Shown: piece after piece, positions 26,801 through 39,373 of the stretch
Layout: every line of letters starts with the position of its first letter
How positions within the stretch are numbered: the stretch's first letter is position 1
NCBI RefSeq assembly: GCF_026571515.1
Contig: NW_026855183.1
Location: 372,001-436,000, forward strand
Reading direction: 5' to 3'
From: Ruditapes philippinarum
Taxonomy: Eukaryota
Length of the DNA: 64,000 nt
Program-made: the position numbers and the translations under genes
The notes under the pieces: generated by a model
What the model was told of the DNA's origin: nothing
Seen by the model: only the letters and a program-made list of their open reading frames with translations
Database searches by the model: none

Positions 26801-29800
26801 CAATTCTAAAAGGAATATCTGTACCATTCTGCCTACCAAAAGCTCTTCCTGTTACAGTCGTTTTAAACACGCATGGTTTGCACTCACAAGACTTTATTCT
26901 AGTAGTTTTGTAACTAAATCCATCGCATGTAATATCAAGGACATCTACGTCTTTAGCGTTACAACAGTGATGTGGCCAGTAATCACTGCAAGATCCATTA
27001 TCATGCAAAGACGATTTCATGCATAATGCTTTGCCACAGTCTCCAACGTTAATTGTGTTGTTTCTGCTAGTGTTACTTGTAAGGTAACATCCATGTGGAA
27101 GCTCCTGTAACTTTGAATGTGGGGCTCCACAAGTATCTTCCTTAAAATCTACAGAGGTTATTGTTTGTTAAATATAAAGTTTTAAAATAAACATAGTATA
27201 TATAGAATCTGTGATCACATTTCTGACTTATTAAACAAACAAAAAAATATAATGTATGCACAGAATCAAATACATATTCAAAGAAAATGTATTTGATATG
27301 AGTTTAAATAAGAGATGAAAGTTTATGAATATCAAATAGTTTTATCATAGAAATAAAACCTTTCTTTATCCTAGCATGCACCCAAAGGTCTCTTTTTCTT
27401 ACAGAAATACCCTTCAAGCTAAATCAATTTGTTTAAAACATTTAAATGCAAATTTGAATTTTTCTTTTGTTGTTTGTTGATATTTTGTACACACTATTTT
27501 ACTATTTCAAACGGACTACTTGAAATAAACAGAGATTACAATTACTTTATAACATAAACAACAAATTTGGAATAATATACAAAACGTTATAGGTTACCAT
27601 GAACTTCAACTTGAACATCCTCCGATAAAGTCACTCCTGCTTCTGTCTCGGTATAGCAATGATAGGATCCACTGTCAGACTTTTGTACAGATGAAAATTT
27701 TAGGGTTCCATTTGTACCTAAATTTTCCAGTTCTATTCCATTTTTGAACCTTATGAAGATACCATGATATCATAAATGATGATGAATTGTTATTCAACTT
27801 AATAAAATATGTATAAAATTATGGGCATATCATTTTATAAACCATTTATATGAACTACTATTGATTGAATTTCATTTCATTACGAAAATACTTAAATTTG
27901 TAAAGTCAATTATCACTTATAGCGATGGCTTACATATATGATTGAATGCATGCATGTAATCATTATGAAATAAATGAATTGTAAAGTACCATTTGAAAGC
28001 AGATGGGACAGGCTTCCCATCAGCTGCACAGCAAAGACTTAAACTCTGTCCAACCATCCGAACTTTATCATGCGGCTGAACCGTGATAACTGGAGGTACT
28101 GCAATTATAAGGGCGTAAAGACAATGTCATACAAGTATTAAAGTGTGAAAATGAGAAATAATAATGGTAAAATAAATATATGAAATATACACTACATTTT
28201 AATACAATTTTGTATGATACAAGATTTTGTAGAAAAGATAAATAAAGTAATCTGAACATCTTTAATATTCACACTTCTATTTAATGAAATAATATTTAGT
28301 TTTACATTGAAATGTACCAAGTAAGATGCTTACTGTATTTCTCAAGCGTCGCATTTATCAGTGTCCAATGCGTAGCATTCAGTTCCTTTGGTGCAAAATG
28401 TTTACTTTCACATGTTGGAGCTTGTATGTAAATATTTTCGTTTAAAATGCATATGCCTGTCTTGCTGAAAATTCCAAACCTGTCTGTTTTTGCGATTGGT
28501 TTATACTTGCTCGACTCTAGAAATATCTCTGCCCCTTCGACGGCATGTTTCGTAGTATCCATTATTTGTCCAAACAGCGTTACACTTGAGCACTCACATG
28601 CATCACATGATTTAGAAATATGTGCACCGGCTGGGCAAGCCTTGTTGCAATCTAAAAAAAGAAACAGACTTAACGTAATTTATTATTATGACATGTTTAG
28701 TCTTATAGGCACAGAGTATTTGTATAGCACAACAATATTGTTGATTCATGGATGAAATCATATGTTAACAAATGCAATGTTTAATGTTGTTCTTATATAA
28801 CTACACTATAGTGAATCAATATGGCTTTGTCCGGAGCAATTCTTGAAGTACTTTTGCACTTCAAGTAACACAATGTCATACGAGAAAATAACGCTTACGT
28901 TTTATTTTATTGTTAAGCAACTCATTGTTTTAGATCTTTTTGTGTGGTACGAAAACCTAAATTTAAGTACAAAACATCATTCAAGTGCATAATCTGAGAC
29001 ATCCATTTACTGAATATGCAAATTTATACATAATATGTCCAAACCAAACCTGGACATTTCCATTCTGCACAGGGTCTCGTCTGAATTCGTACTCCAGGGC
29101 AGCTCTTTCCCCCATTCCTTGGCTGTGGCCGGTCACATTGTCTTGTTCGCCTTTGCGTTCCATTCTGACAAGTTTTTGTACAGGTTCCCCAATTTACCCA
29201 ATCAGACCATGCGCCATTGACAGGTTCTTGTAAGTAAAAGATAGTCATGAACTTATTCTCTCAATTGCGGTTAGGAGACAAGGAGTCACTTTTCAAAAAT
29301 AAGTTTGTATTATGTAAAGTTATTATTCTTAATATATCTCTAGCTCTTAATATACGTTAGCAAAATGTGTTGATCCAATTTTTGTAGATTATCAAACACT
29401 TACCTGTACAGTTTGGCATGATACAAACTGACTCTTCCGTAAATTGTCCTTCACAATCTTTATCTGTATCTTCCAATTTTATGCAGTGTCTTGAACGGAA
29501 TTTCAAGCCAATATCGCATGTAACACTGCATGTTGTCCAATTTCCCCAACCGGAAAACCTTCCACACCCAGTACTCGGGAGATCTTGAATGGAAGATATT
29601 GAGTATAAAATAATACAAATAACAACATTAAAGAACGTTTGATACTCAAGGGTATCTGAGATATCTTGGAGTAAAATTAAACAAAATCCAATAGAAAACA
29701 TTTAAAAAAAAAACTAAATTTGTTCTAAGTATGTTCTTATACATATTTTGCATAGGTGATCAAACTATTAAACTTGTAGATGATGTTTACAATTAGTTAT

Positions 29801-30712
29801 ACAATTATACTAGACTGTCATTATAGTCAGCTATATTTACATGACCCCCTATATTACGCATTTTAGAATGCACGCACAAACGGCGCGTATTTTTATCCGT
29901 TAATGCACGATGTCTTCTCTGTTGATGTAAACTTGTGTGTACAGTTTCTATACATATCAGCATTATTATTAAATGAATCAAACAAATTACAATTAGACAG
30001 TACCTGTTTTAACAAGACTCGTTATTGTGGTCGCAGATGACTCCAATGCTGTGAAATCAGTAATTGGTATTGTTCTTGTTGAGGCATCGGTGATTGTGAT
30101 AAAATTTGCATTCGCTGAGTCTCCAGCCATGTTAAGAATAAAACATCGTATTCGTTCTGTTTTTAGCACAGTGCTAATTCTTAAGGCTTCTTGTTCGCCG
30201 ATAGGCGAGTGAGTCAGAATTACTAATGCTTTTGGGACGCATTCCCGGCCGCCAGCAGAATTTGAAAAGCCATTCTTGATTGTGTATTCGACAGCAGTAG
30301 AAACATCGCCATCCCCTGTGCTGTACCACATGTACGTTATTGCTTGCTTCATAAGTTGAATGTCATTATAGGCGTTTAATGTGAATTGACTGTAAGCACT
30401 GGAGCCGAATGTGTAAAGACTGATCTGTGCGTATTTGTTAAAAGTCTGCCTTACGAATTCTAAAGCAAACTTCTTCTCATTGTCAAAGTTTTGAGACCGA
30501 TGGCTATCAGATGAATCCATGAGCAAAACAACATCCATTTTCGGTTGGTCTAGAATTGAGAAAAAACACATTATGGCAAACAATAAATTTTCAACTTTAT
30601 CATAATACATTCAAAAGTCGTAAAAAAAACTTTAGTACTTACCATTCTGCAAATATACCAATCCAAAAAGAGTCAAACAAAGGCAAAATGCAAGAGATCC
30701 TTTGACACCCAT
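23817..30712 (-). CDS. CILP: Cartilage intermediate layer protein (CILP)-like secreted matrix protein with an N-terminal VWA domain, ~1259 aa
   Basis: Ten phase-consistent GT-AG exons: 30712-30643 (signal peptide), 30549-30004 (VWA, DSSDS), 29583-29404 (TSP1), 29226-29050 (TSP1), 28651-28334 (Cys-rich + beta-sandwich), 28098-27990 and 27749-27598 (Ig: SLCCAADGKPVP..W..DSGSYHC), 27148-25410 (CILP core: FMDPR, PLKTYGMF, LWDYD..GVW), 25092-24842 (ACIEFRC) and 24054-23817. Total 3780 nt with no internal stop. The symbol denotes family, not proven orthology. Confidence 0.9.
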
Positions 30713-30752
30713 ATTGAGTGGATGTTTGATTCGCGATTTAGTGACGTGCTTT

Positions 30753-30762
30753 CTTATATATA
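30753..30762 (-). promoter_or_regulatory. Putative TATA box of CILP-like copy 2
   Basis: cctccTATATATAAG on the minus strand ~40 nt upstream of the ATG, positionally conserved with copy 1. Confidence 0.5.
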
Positions 30763-33700
30763 GGAGGAGCTTTTACAAAAGAGGAAGTTTTTACCCTGTT
30801 CGGGCTGTTGATAAATTTTATATAAATCTGTGAAGTGACACAAAATGTCAAGATATTTTTTGTGTTTTTCCCAGTATGTGTACTCCAGAAACTCATGAGA
30901 TCAGCAATCTTTGAGAAAAAAGTATAGGCTCTATTCATGGAAAGATTATTCATTCAGTTTTGAGAAAATAAAAACATGGTTAAAAGAGTTCAATGACAAT
31001 TTTGTTTTATTGTCAGTGTTTTTTTTTTTTGACATTCATTGACATTGTGTGTTTGATGTTTTATTTGAAACTATTGGAAGAAAAAAATCAACTGTTATTC
31101 TAAACTATATACATGTATTTTCGTTTCTTGTCTTTTTAAATTGTTGGTGTACTTCATATCTTTGTATATTGTCTAAATATTTATGTTAATTTTCGATTTA
31201 GACAAAATAATCTGTTTTTAAAATTCCTAATCCATAAAGCTACGTCTATGTAAAGTCTAAAGAAACAAAACCGAAATTAGGTCTAACGGTAAAAAAAAAA
31301 CTTTTATGAAAACTGCAGTAAACGCCAAGATGAACATAGTTACATTATATCAAGCAAAACAAATATTTTGTTAAATATTACATGTATCTGAAACCATAAT
31401 ATTATTAAGACGATCATTCTTTATATTTGGTATCTGTTTCAGTGGCATGAACACGCTCTTACACAATTGTTCAGTGAACGCATTGATCTCTATTTGATTT
31501 TTTGTATTTCAGTATTTTTCATTTACAATGATATTTAGAGGTCATTAAAACACTTGAAAAGATTGATAACATGTCACGTGAACGTGCATATTTTTAAATT
31601 AGACATTTTTATCTGCAAGGTCCCAGCGCAAGGTTAATCGTTTCATACCCCACAAGAACAGTTAAAATGCACGTTATCCTAGGTGCATGCGCTCTGATTT
31701 AAGCTACAAAAAATAAAAACAATTTATTGTAAGTCCGGGAATTTAAAATGAAAAGAGGTTTTCGTGATAGGGTTTTTTTTTGGTTTTGTGTTTTGCATGG
31801 TCTGCTAAAGGTCAAGCCCTTTGATTAACAAGACTTAAGCTTTTGCTTTAGAAACAACAATGGAAACCTTACAAGATCCTATAATATACAGAATAACGGA
31901 CTAACAAGGTAGATAATCAGTGTCATTCTAGCAACACTAGAGCTATTCAAGTACTCCAGAGTTACTGTTCTTGATTATTCACAGCATTTTGAAATATTTT
32001 CGTCCGCTCTCTTATGGTGGCGTCTGTATACATAAACTATCGATTATAATTATGGAGAATCTTTAGAACTAGAAAACCTGATCAGGTGGTGTTGTTAAAG
32101 GTTACATGTATACAGATTCACATACTTTTGTTGCACTGATAAACCCTAGATTTTTTGTCGTAAACTATTTTGTGGTAATACATGAAATTGGTTTTAAAAA
32201 ATAGTTTCAATTCGCTTGTTGATTAATAACAATTTAATTTCTTTGTGTCTGAAAATTCAAGTCAGGGTTACGACAGTATATGAGTGCATGCAAGCATAAA
32301 ATAATGTTTAACAGTAACTGTCATTGTTCTAAACAACTTGGGAACATGATATTCATGTTCCATTTACACATTAATCTAATGTCAATTGCCTCTCAGCAGT
32401 AATTCAGAATATATAAGGGTGTATATAGCAAGTTACATGTGGAGAAATTGGTAACGACGCCAGGAAAGTTTGTTACGTGGATCGACCGCTGCTGAGATAT
32501 GACCAGCCTTGTGTACAAAATCAGAAAAGCAAACAATTAAATTAATACATTTCATTTCGTAATTGGTTAAAACTTTACTCTGAACGAAACGATAATCTCC
32601 CGCATTCACTATTTAAATAGAACAAAAATGATATTTGTTTAGTATATCATAACAACCAGCAGCCAATGATTTAGATATAAATTAATTTTTATTGCATAAA
32701 CTTTCTTTTACATGCAATTTTCAGGTACGCCATGTACAAATGCTATAGCAACAAGTGAAACAAAAATGTATTACTCATATAGATATGAAAAGGGAAGTTT
32801 GAATTATTGACATTTGAATTGTTTGGTCCAATGCTACTTTTTCTGAAATGTTTAAATAAACTGCGATTATCAGTATTTACATGTACCTTGAAAACGAAGT
32901 GAATGTAGATTATATTCACATGTACCATACTTCAACTTTGATTATGCATATCGAAGTTTATCCTCAACAATGTTTGCTTATGTCATTTGCTCAAAAGTAC
33001 CTGACAATCCTATTAATTGAATCAGTTATAAACGAATGAGATCAATAGTTCGTCTTCCCTATACCAGAATTAATTTCTTTTTGTCCGATTGAACACACAA
33101 ACAGACAGAGAAATGAAACTGACCTAACATTATAATTCCATTTATTCGTGATCACAAATGAAATAAAACTAAAACAGTAAACAATGTATCACATCAACTT
33201 TTCTAGAATATCAACTTGAAGATATCTTAACTTTGGTTTTAGATGTTGTATGAATGTTGTGTTCCTGTTTCAAAACGCTTATTAGGTGGTACTCAGGCTC
33301 ATTGCTGCATTAATAACTGAGGTTAAAGGGGGAAGTAAAGAGGAAAAAGTCGTCGTAGAAACTTGAAATGGTTAGTGTTTTTTCATTCCAAAACGAACAA
33401 AATAATGTCTAAATATAAAAAAGATATATCGTTGTTAAAGAAAATACATGGACAATAATCTTGAATTTTTGTGCAATTATTGTTAAGATGTTGTAACAGG
33501 TATATTTGAATAAACACGCAAGTAATAGAATAGTGACAATAATGCCAGTGCGCCAACGCAACGTGGCCTCTAAGTTGAATGTATAATTTTTGAACCGCCA
33601 GTCATATTATTCGCCTGGTAGTCTTATATCCACCAACTGAAAACTGTCTTCATTATTAATTTACTTAGACAGTCTGTCGCGAAACTCATGGTGCGGCAAA

Positions 33701-34618
33701 TAAAATAACGCTGTGACGTCAAAACGAGACATGTTTTATCTAGTTGGAAGTTATCGTTGTCGTAATCTCAAGGTTAAACACCATCGACAAATACAAATCT
33801 ATTAAGCATGATACTAGTATCTATGCGGCATGGTCCTTAGGGCATCATGTTTTAGATAATGGCAATCATTCAAAGATGTACTTAAGTCATCCCAGAATTT
33901 TTCTAAACTCATTCTCGGACAAATATGTCTCTATGCTGTTTGGTGCCGATGACAAAGGAAATATGGGGTTGCCTCTGGACAGTGCCTCAATCCACACTAC
34001 CAAAACACACTTACCACCTCAAAAGTAGAAAAATTAACTTTGATTGAACAAGACGCAGCTCTAAGGGACTGTTTTCTTTACGGTATTTGAAATTTACTAG
34101 TGGGGAGGATATCTTTATCAAATTTTTATTTACAAAACATCAGTCGTTCAAAGGTTCTTAAATGATCTCATTCCGTAATTGTTCATAATTATATAAACCA
34201 TGTTTGCAATTAAATTATTTACCACAGATCTAGTTAAAACTCAGTTTAAAGGATTTGATAAATATTTTGATAACTTCATGAACAAATAAACGATCTTTTA
34301 ATATAAGCATACTGTTCCACAAATTAATTTTGCACAGTAATGTTTTAGCTTTTTTTCTATTCGCTTAATAAATAATGTATTTCACATGAAATTTGATACA
34401 GCATTAAAACATATGTATTCAGTTTTAAATCAGAAATACAATTTGAATTAATAAAATTTTATCCAATTTTTGAAGAAAAAAGATCGCAGTCATATTATAA
34501 TTGATGTCTGCATATGTTTCGAACATTTTCTAGAAAATGATTTTTTCAATGTGTTCATAGTTCTTCTTTCGATAAAGTCCTTATTCCGACAATCAGGTAC
34601 TTATTGAAAAATTCAGTC

Positions 34619-37600
34619 TTATAAATGGTAATCTTTAGAAGTGGAATAGAATCTTATTTGCAGACTAGTTTCCCTTCTCTTTTTGTTACGGACGTTTCGT
34701 CTGGAATTATAAAAATATAAAATATAGAAATTTTGAACATATGAATTTGAAAATGTTGCTTAAAAAATGTGTGTTTATTTATTTCACATAGAAATAGCTA
34801 ACCATCAGTCATAATAAATTGAGTTACTAAAATAGAAATGTTAGTTTAAAGAGAAATTTTACGTTACACAAATTATTACAAGAAATTGTTAAAAGAAAGA
34901 TAAGAAAGATTTTTTACCTTCTCCGAAGACAGGCAATGACCACAACAAAAATGAAAATGGCCAGTATAACTGATACAACGGACACCGTTACAGTCAATAT
35001 AAGCGCGGCATCGCTACTTGTAGATTTACTAGTTGTTTGACCTGTCGAGACAGTAGTGACTGCGATTGTTCGAGATTGTAATTCATTAGACATTTCTTGC
35101 GTGCTTTCGTCAATCGTAGAGATCAAATGACCATCTTCCTTTGCAGTAGACTTTGGTAGTATTATTGGAGTTGAAGGAGGCAGTACTGTTGAAACAGGTG
35201 AACTGAATGATTTAGACGGTGCAGACGAACTCGATATTGTTGTTGTACTTTTTGACGTCACTTGTTTTCTAGTGGTAAATAAACCAGAAGAGTGAGTTTG
35301 AAATGACGAACTCGATATTGATGTTGTTGCATTTGTACTTTTTGATGCCACATGTTCTTTTGTAGTAAATAAAACAGAAGAGGATTCAGTGGATGTTTCG
35401 CTTCTTTGAAACTCTGTTTCTAAACCATTGACAGTCATATCTGAAATTAGACAGAGATAATGAAATAGTTAAACAGAAGTTAAAATACAAATAAACGGTA
35501 TCTTAAGGTAACATAACAAATACATAAATGATATCGAATTATAATAATACAATACAGAGACTTTCAACCATATGAAATGAATATATGCTCAGTGCATTCA
35601 AGCACCATCCAAGCACATTTAAAGCACGTTCATATACATGTATTTGTTAAAGCAAAATTATCTCTTTGGCATGATTGTCAAACAATTTATCTCTTTTTCT
35701 TTTTTATTATTTTCCTTTTCATCCAACTCCTTGGCATACTCACTTCGGCTAGTTCTTATTGATTGCTACGTCTTCAGTCAATATTATATATTCATATTAT
35801 TTAATATTTATATTTCGGTCTCTTCAAAATAATCAATTGGTATATAACTCGACATACTTGATATATAAACTAATGACCGTGTCTTCCGTTCTAATCCTTT
35901 CCTTTGAATATATGATTTGAATTATATTATATTGATATGAACAAAGTAAAGGATGACATACTAAATGTAGGTTCTGTGAAATCATTTGTTTAAGATTAAG
36001 ATATGTTTTCTAAATCAGATGTGTAGTTGCAAAAATAGCCAAGTACTTAAAATAGATTCTTAATACCTAAAAACGATTTGTTGATAAATATACAATTTAA
36101 CAAAACAGGAGTTTGATAACAGACTAGCATCTCTTATCTTAACGGTTTCGTGTAAATCTGTTCGATAACTTAAGTATAAGAATATTTGTTTGTAAATGTA
36201 ATTACTTTTTGATTTAGCCATGCATGTTTTATTTTCAAAGTGTCGACATGGGTATAAAATGTTTAACAATGCAATAATTTTTTATATGTACTCACTGAAG
36301 CAATATTTAGCATCACATCGTGGTAGCCGTCTTAGTTCAAAAACATAGAAATGTTTACAATTCTTTACGTTAATGTGACTACGTATTGCACAGCATCCTT
36401 CACTGGTACTGCCACAAGCAATTACATCTTTGATCCCATCGTTCTGTCCAGGTAGTTGATCTTTGATAAGAAAGGTGTAGGTGAATAGTCTTACATCTGA
36501 TTATTAATTAAATTTTAACAAAAACACGGACAAATGTTTACTTAAAAAAAATCAGTATTTACTACTACTTGTTTTGAAACAAATAAAACTTAGGTTCACG
36601 AAACACAGACTGCTCATATTTTAAACAAATAATTAATTTCATTGAAATGATTATTCTTAATATGACAAATTAAATGCGTAGCAGTTTTACAAATACAAAT
36701 ACAAGACATTTATATAGCGCAAAATTGTATTAAATATTCGATTGCGCTGTACAGTATTAAGACTATATACCAAGACACTCCCAAACCCAGTCTCGATGGC
36801 ACAGCCTATCTACAACTCTAGTTGAAAAACAGTCCGAACAAGTATGTTTTAAGTTTGGCCTTAAACTGGTTTTCATTGGTAATGTCTTTCAAATAGTCTG
36901 GCAATGAATTCCACCATTTAGGTCCCACAATAGCCAAAGATCTATCAGCAAGATTTGAATTTGTTGATGGTATATCAAACTGAGTGTGGCTAGATGATGA
37001 GGATCTCAGTCTTTTCCTGTACTGACTTTGGCATTTAGTGAACAATTTACGAAGATACAATGGAGCGGTGCCATTTGCAACACGAAACACATTCACAATA
37101 ACTTTGTACATGATTCTTGCTCGAATTGGAAGCCAGTGGAGTGATTTAAGGATTTCAGCACTGGATTGATAGTAAGTAGCTCCAGTGACAATTCTAGCAG
37201 CATGATTCTGCACACGTTGTAATTTATCAAGTTTATAGGCTGGAATATCCGCGAATAATCCATTGCAAAAGTCTAAATGTGAATGAATCAAACCATGAAC
37301 AAGGATTTCTACAGATTTCTGAGTGATATGTTTTCTGATTGCTTACAAATTTCTTAACTGCATGTGTGCAATCTGACACTTCTTTTGAATATGGATGTCA
37401 AAACTTAAAGTGCTGGTCATCTGTACTCCAAGGTCTCTCACATTGTCAACACAGTTGACTTCGATCCCACCAACATTGACACTGGAAATGTTCAATTTCT
37501 TCAGCTAGCTGATGTCTTGTACCATAAATTATGATTTCTGTTTTGCTCTTGTTCATTTTTAACTTAAACCTGGTCATCCATGAAACAATATCATTAAGAC

Positions 37601-39373
37601 AGTCAGTGACTTTTTGGCGAACGATTTCTTCGCTGTGATGGTCACCAGCTCTAAATTTGAATGCCACTTTATGATCGTCTGCATATCAATACAATTTCGC
37701 CGGATATTTCTGGACTATTTTGTTACGGGCAGCTATATAGAGAGTAAATATCACCGGTCCAGCACAAGAACCCTGGGGAACCCCGAACCTCAGTGGTTCA
37801 GTATCCGATGAGGACAGTTCAATTACAACTTTCATATCTCTGTTGGTTAAATAAGATTCGATCAACTTTAATGGAATACCGTGTATGGCAAAGTCTTTCT
37901 GTAGGATTTCAAGTAAAATTGGTATATCGATAGTATCGAAGGCGGCGCTTAAATCAATCATTACAACTATTGTCTCATGGCGGCTATCAGCTGTTTCTAG
38001 CAGATCACGGTACATTTACATCATAGCAGACTTAACACTGTGAAAATTACGGTATTCACTTTGGTTAGATGATAACAAATTGTTGGACTCAATGTGGCTT
38101 GAAATTTGTTTCATTGCAGCTTTTTCAAGAATTTTCGACAAGAATGACAGGTTTGACACAGGCCGATAGTTTTTCAATTCTAAGGGAAGGCCTTTCTTTT
38201 TCAACACAGGCTTTATAACAGCGCTCTTCCACGTCACTGGAAAAACACCAGAAGACACCGAACGATTCACGATTTATGTCACAACAGGTGCATGCAAATG
38301 AAGATTTTCTTTCAGCTTTTGTGTTGTCATAACGTCCAAATCACATGTTGTTGACTTTGATTCACTCACAAGTTTGATGATGTCTTTTTCATTTAGTGGT
38401 ATAATTTTGTTCTTGATATTTTCACTTGATGGTACATCAGATGCCATAATACTATCAATCACTGAAGATGATGTTTCTGTATTTATGATATCCAGATCAT
38501 CACGAAGTCTAAGGATTTTGTCACTAAAGTAGCGCAAAAAATCGTTTGCAAGTGCCGTCTCACCGGTGTGAGGTGGAAGAGTTGGTTATCCTTGAACGCC
38601 CAAGCGTTTTGTTTGAGAAAAGAAGACAAATGAAGGCAAAATATGCCATTGTGTTATGAGAGTCAAAATTCTAGACAAAAATACATTTAATAGAATATAT
38701 TTTATTGATAAAATAATTAATTTATTTATTAAGCTAATACCGTTTATCCATATATTTGTAGTTCCACCACAGGAAGATGAGTCTGGACACTCCAATGCCA
38801 CAACATTGCCTATTAAAGTCCCATTTATTCTGTACCAAGAAGGTATAAAACTTTCTGGGAACGGTTTGCATGCCCTACTGCCACCTATGTCATCTCGATT
38901 CATGTCGATCAATGTGTCATCGACTGTTTGGTAATCAATGCATGGATTCACTTCACTTTTGGCATATCCTATTGGAGCAATAAATTAATCCATTAATATG
39001 ATTGCATATTGACCAATTAATAATAATCAATTACAAGCAATGTATTACAGGAAAATATTTTTAGTTCATGATATCACATTATATATCCTTTTTACCTGCC
39101 GAGTATATCAAATTAAATGTATAATCATTCCTATACTAAATTACCATAAATACCCTTGTCACCAAATAAAATATAAACTATAACACCAAAGGCATTTAAG
39201 AAGACAATGTTTTTGTGTTTTTCCTATTAACAAACACTTGTTTTCGTACCGAGATTCAGCAGAAATTTTTTAAAGAGTTTATTACATGTAGATTAATTTT
39301 ATTTATCAAATGATATGTTTAACTTTTCTAACTAACCATACAAATATGCTAATATCCAAATGAAGTGCAACAT
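34619..39373 (-). CDS. Type-I membrane protein: UMOD/GP2/OIT3-like cysteine (D8C/D10C) domain + Ser/Thr mucin stalk + TM (paralogue A, ~344 aa)
   Basis: Exons 39373-39337 (MLHFIWILAYLY), 38968-38741 (NPCIDY..WYR..C..CGGTTNIWIN), 36460-36296 (LP..DG..C..CC..VKNC..FYVFELRRLPRC..YC), 35440-34918 (S/T stalk + ALILTVTVSVVSVILAIFIFVVVIACL) and 34700-34619 (basic tail). Intron phases are 1,1,1,2. The last exon is less certain. Confidence 0.85.
36686..38585 (-). mobile_element. 5'-truncated, inactive LINE (L2/CR1 group) in intron 2 of paralogue A
   Basis: RT motifs in stop-broken ORFs: KNYRPVSNLSFLSKILEK, DLSAAFDTID, GVPQGS..GP, *YADD (~37685), C-terminal LHWLPIRARI..K and F..GP.WWNSLP. The 3' end is gcgctatataaat followed by a (TTTGTA)n tail. 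Confidence 0.92.

Noticed and set aside
25637-27026. Plus-strand ORFs overlapping the large CILP exon
   Set aside because: Antisense shadows of the real minus-strand exon.
33212-33318. Possible extra terminal exon (minus strand, NEPEYHLISVLKQ...SSS*) for paralogue A
   Set aside because: Short, and no supporting upstream donor was found after the stop at 34619; cannot be supported without RNA data.
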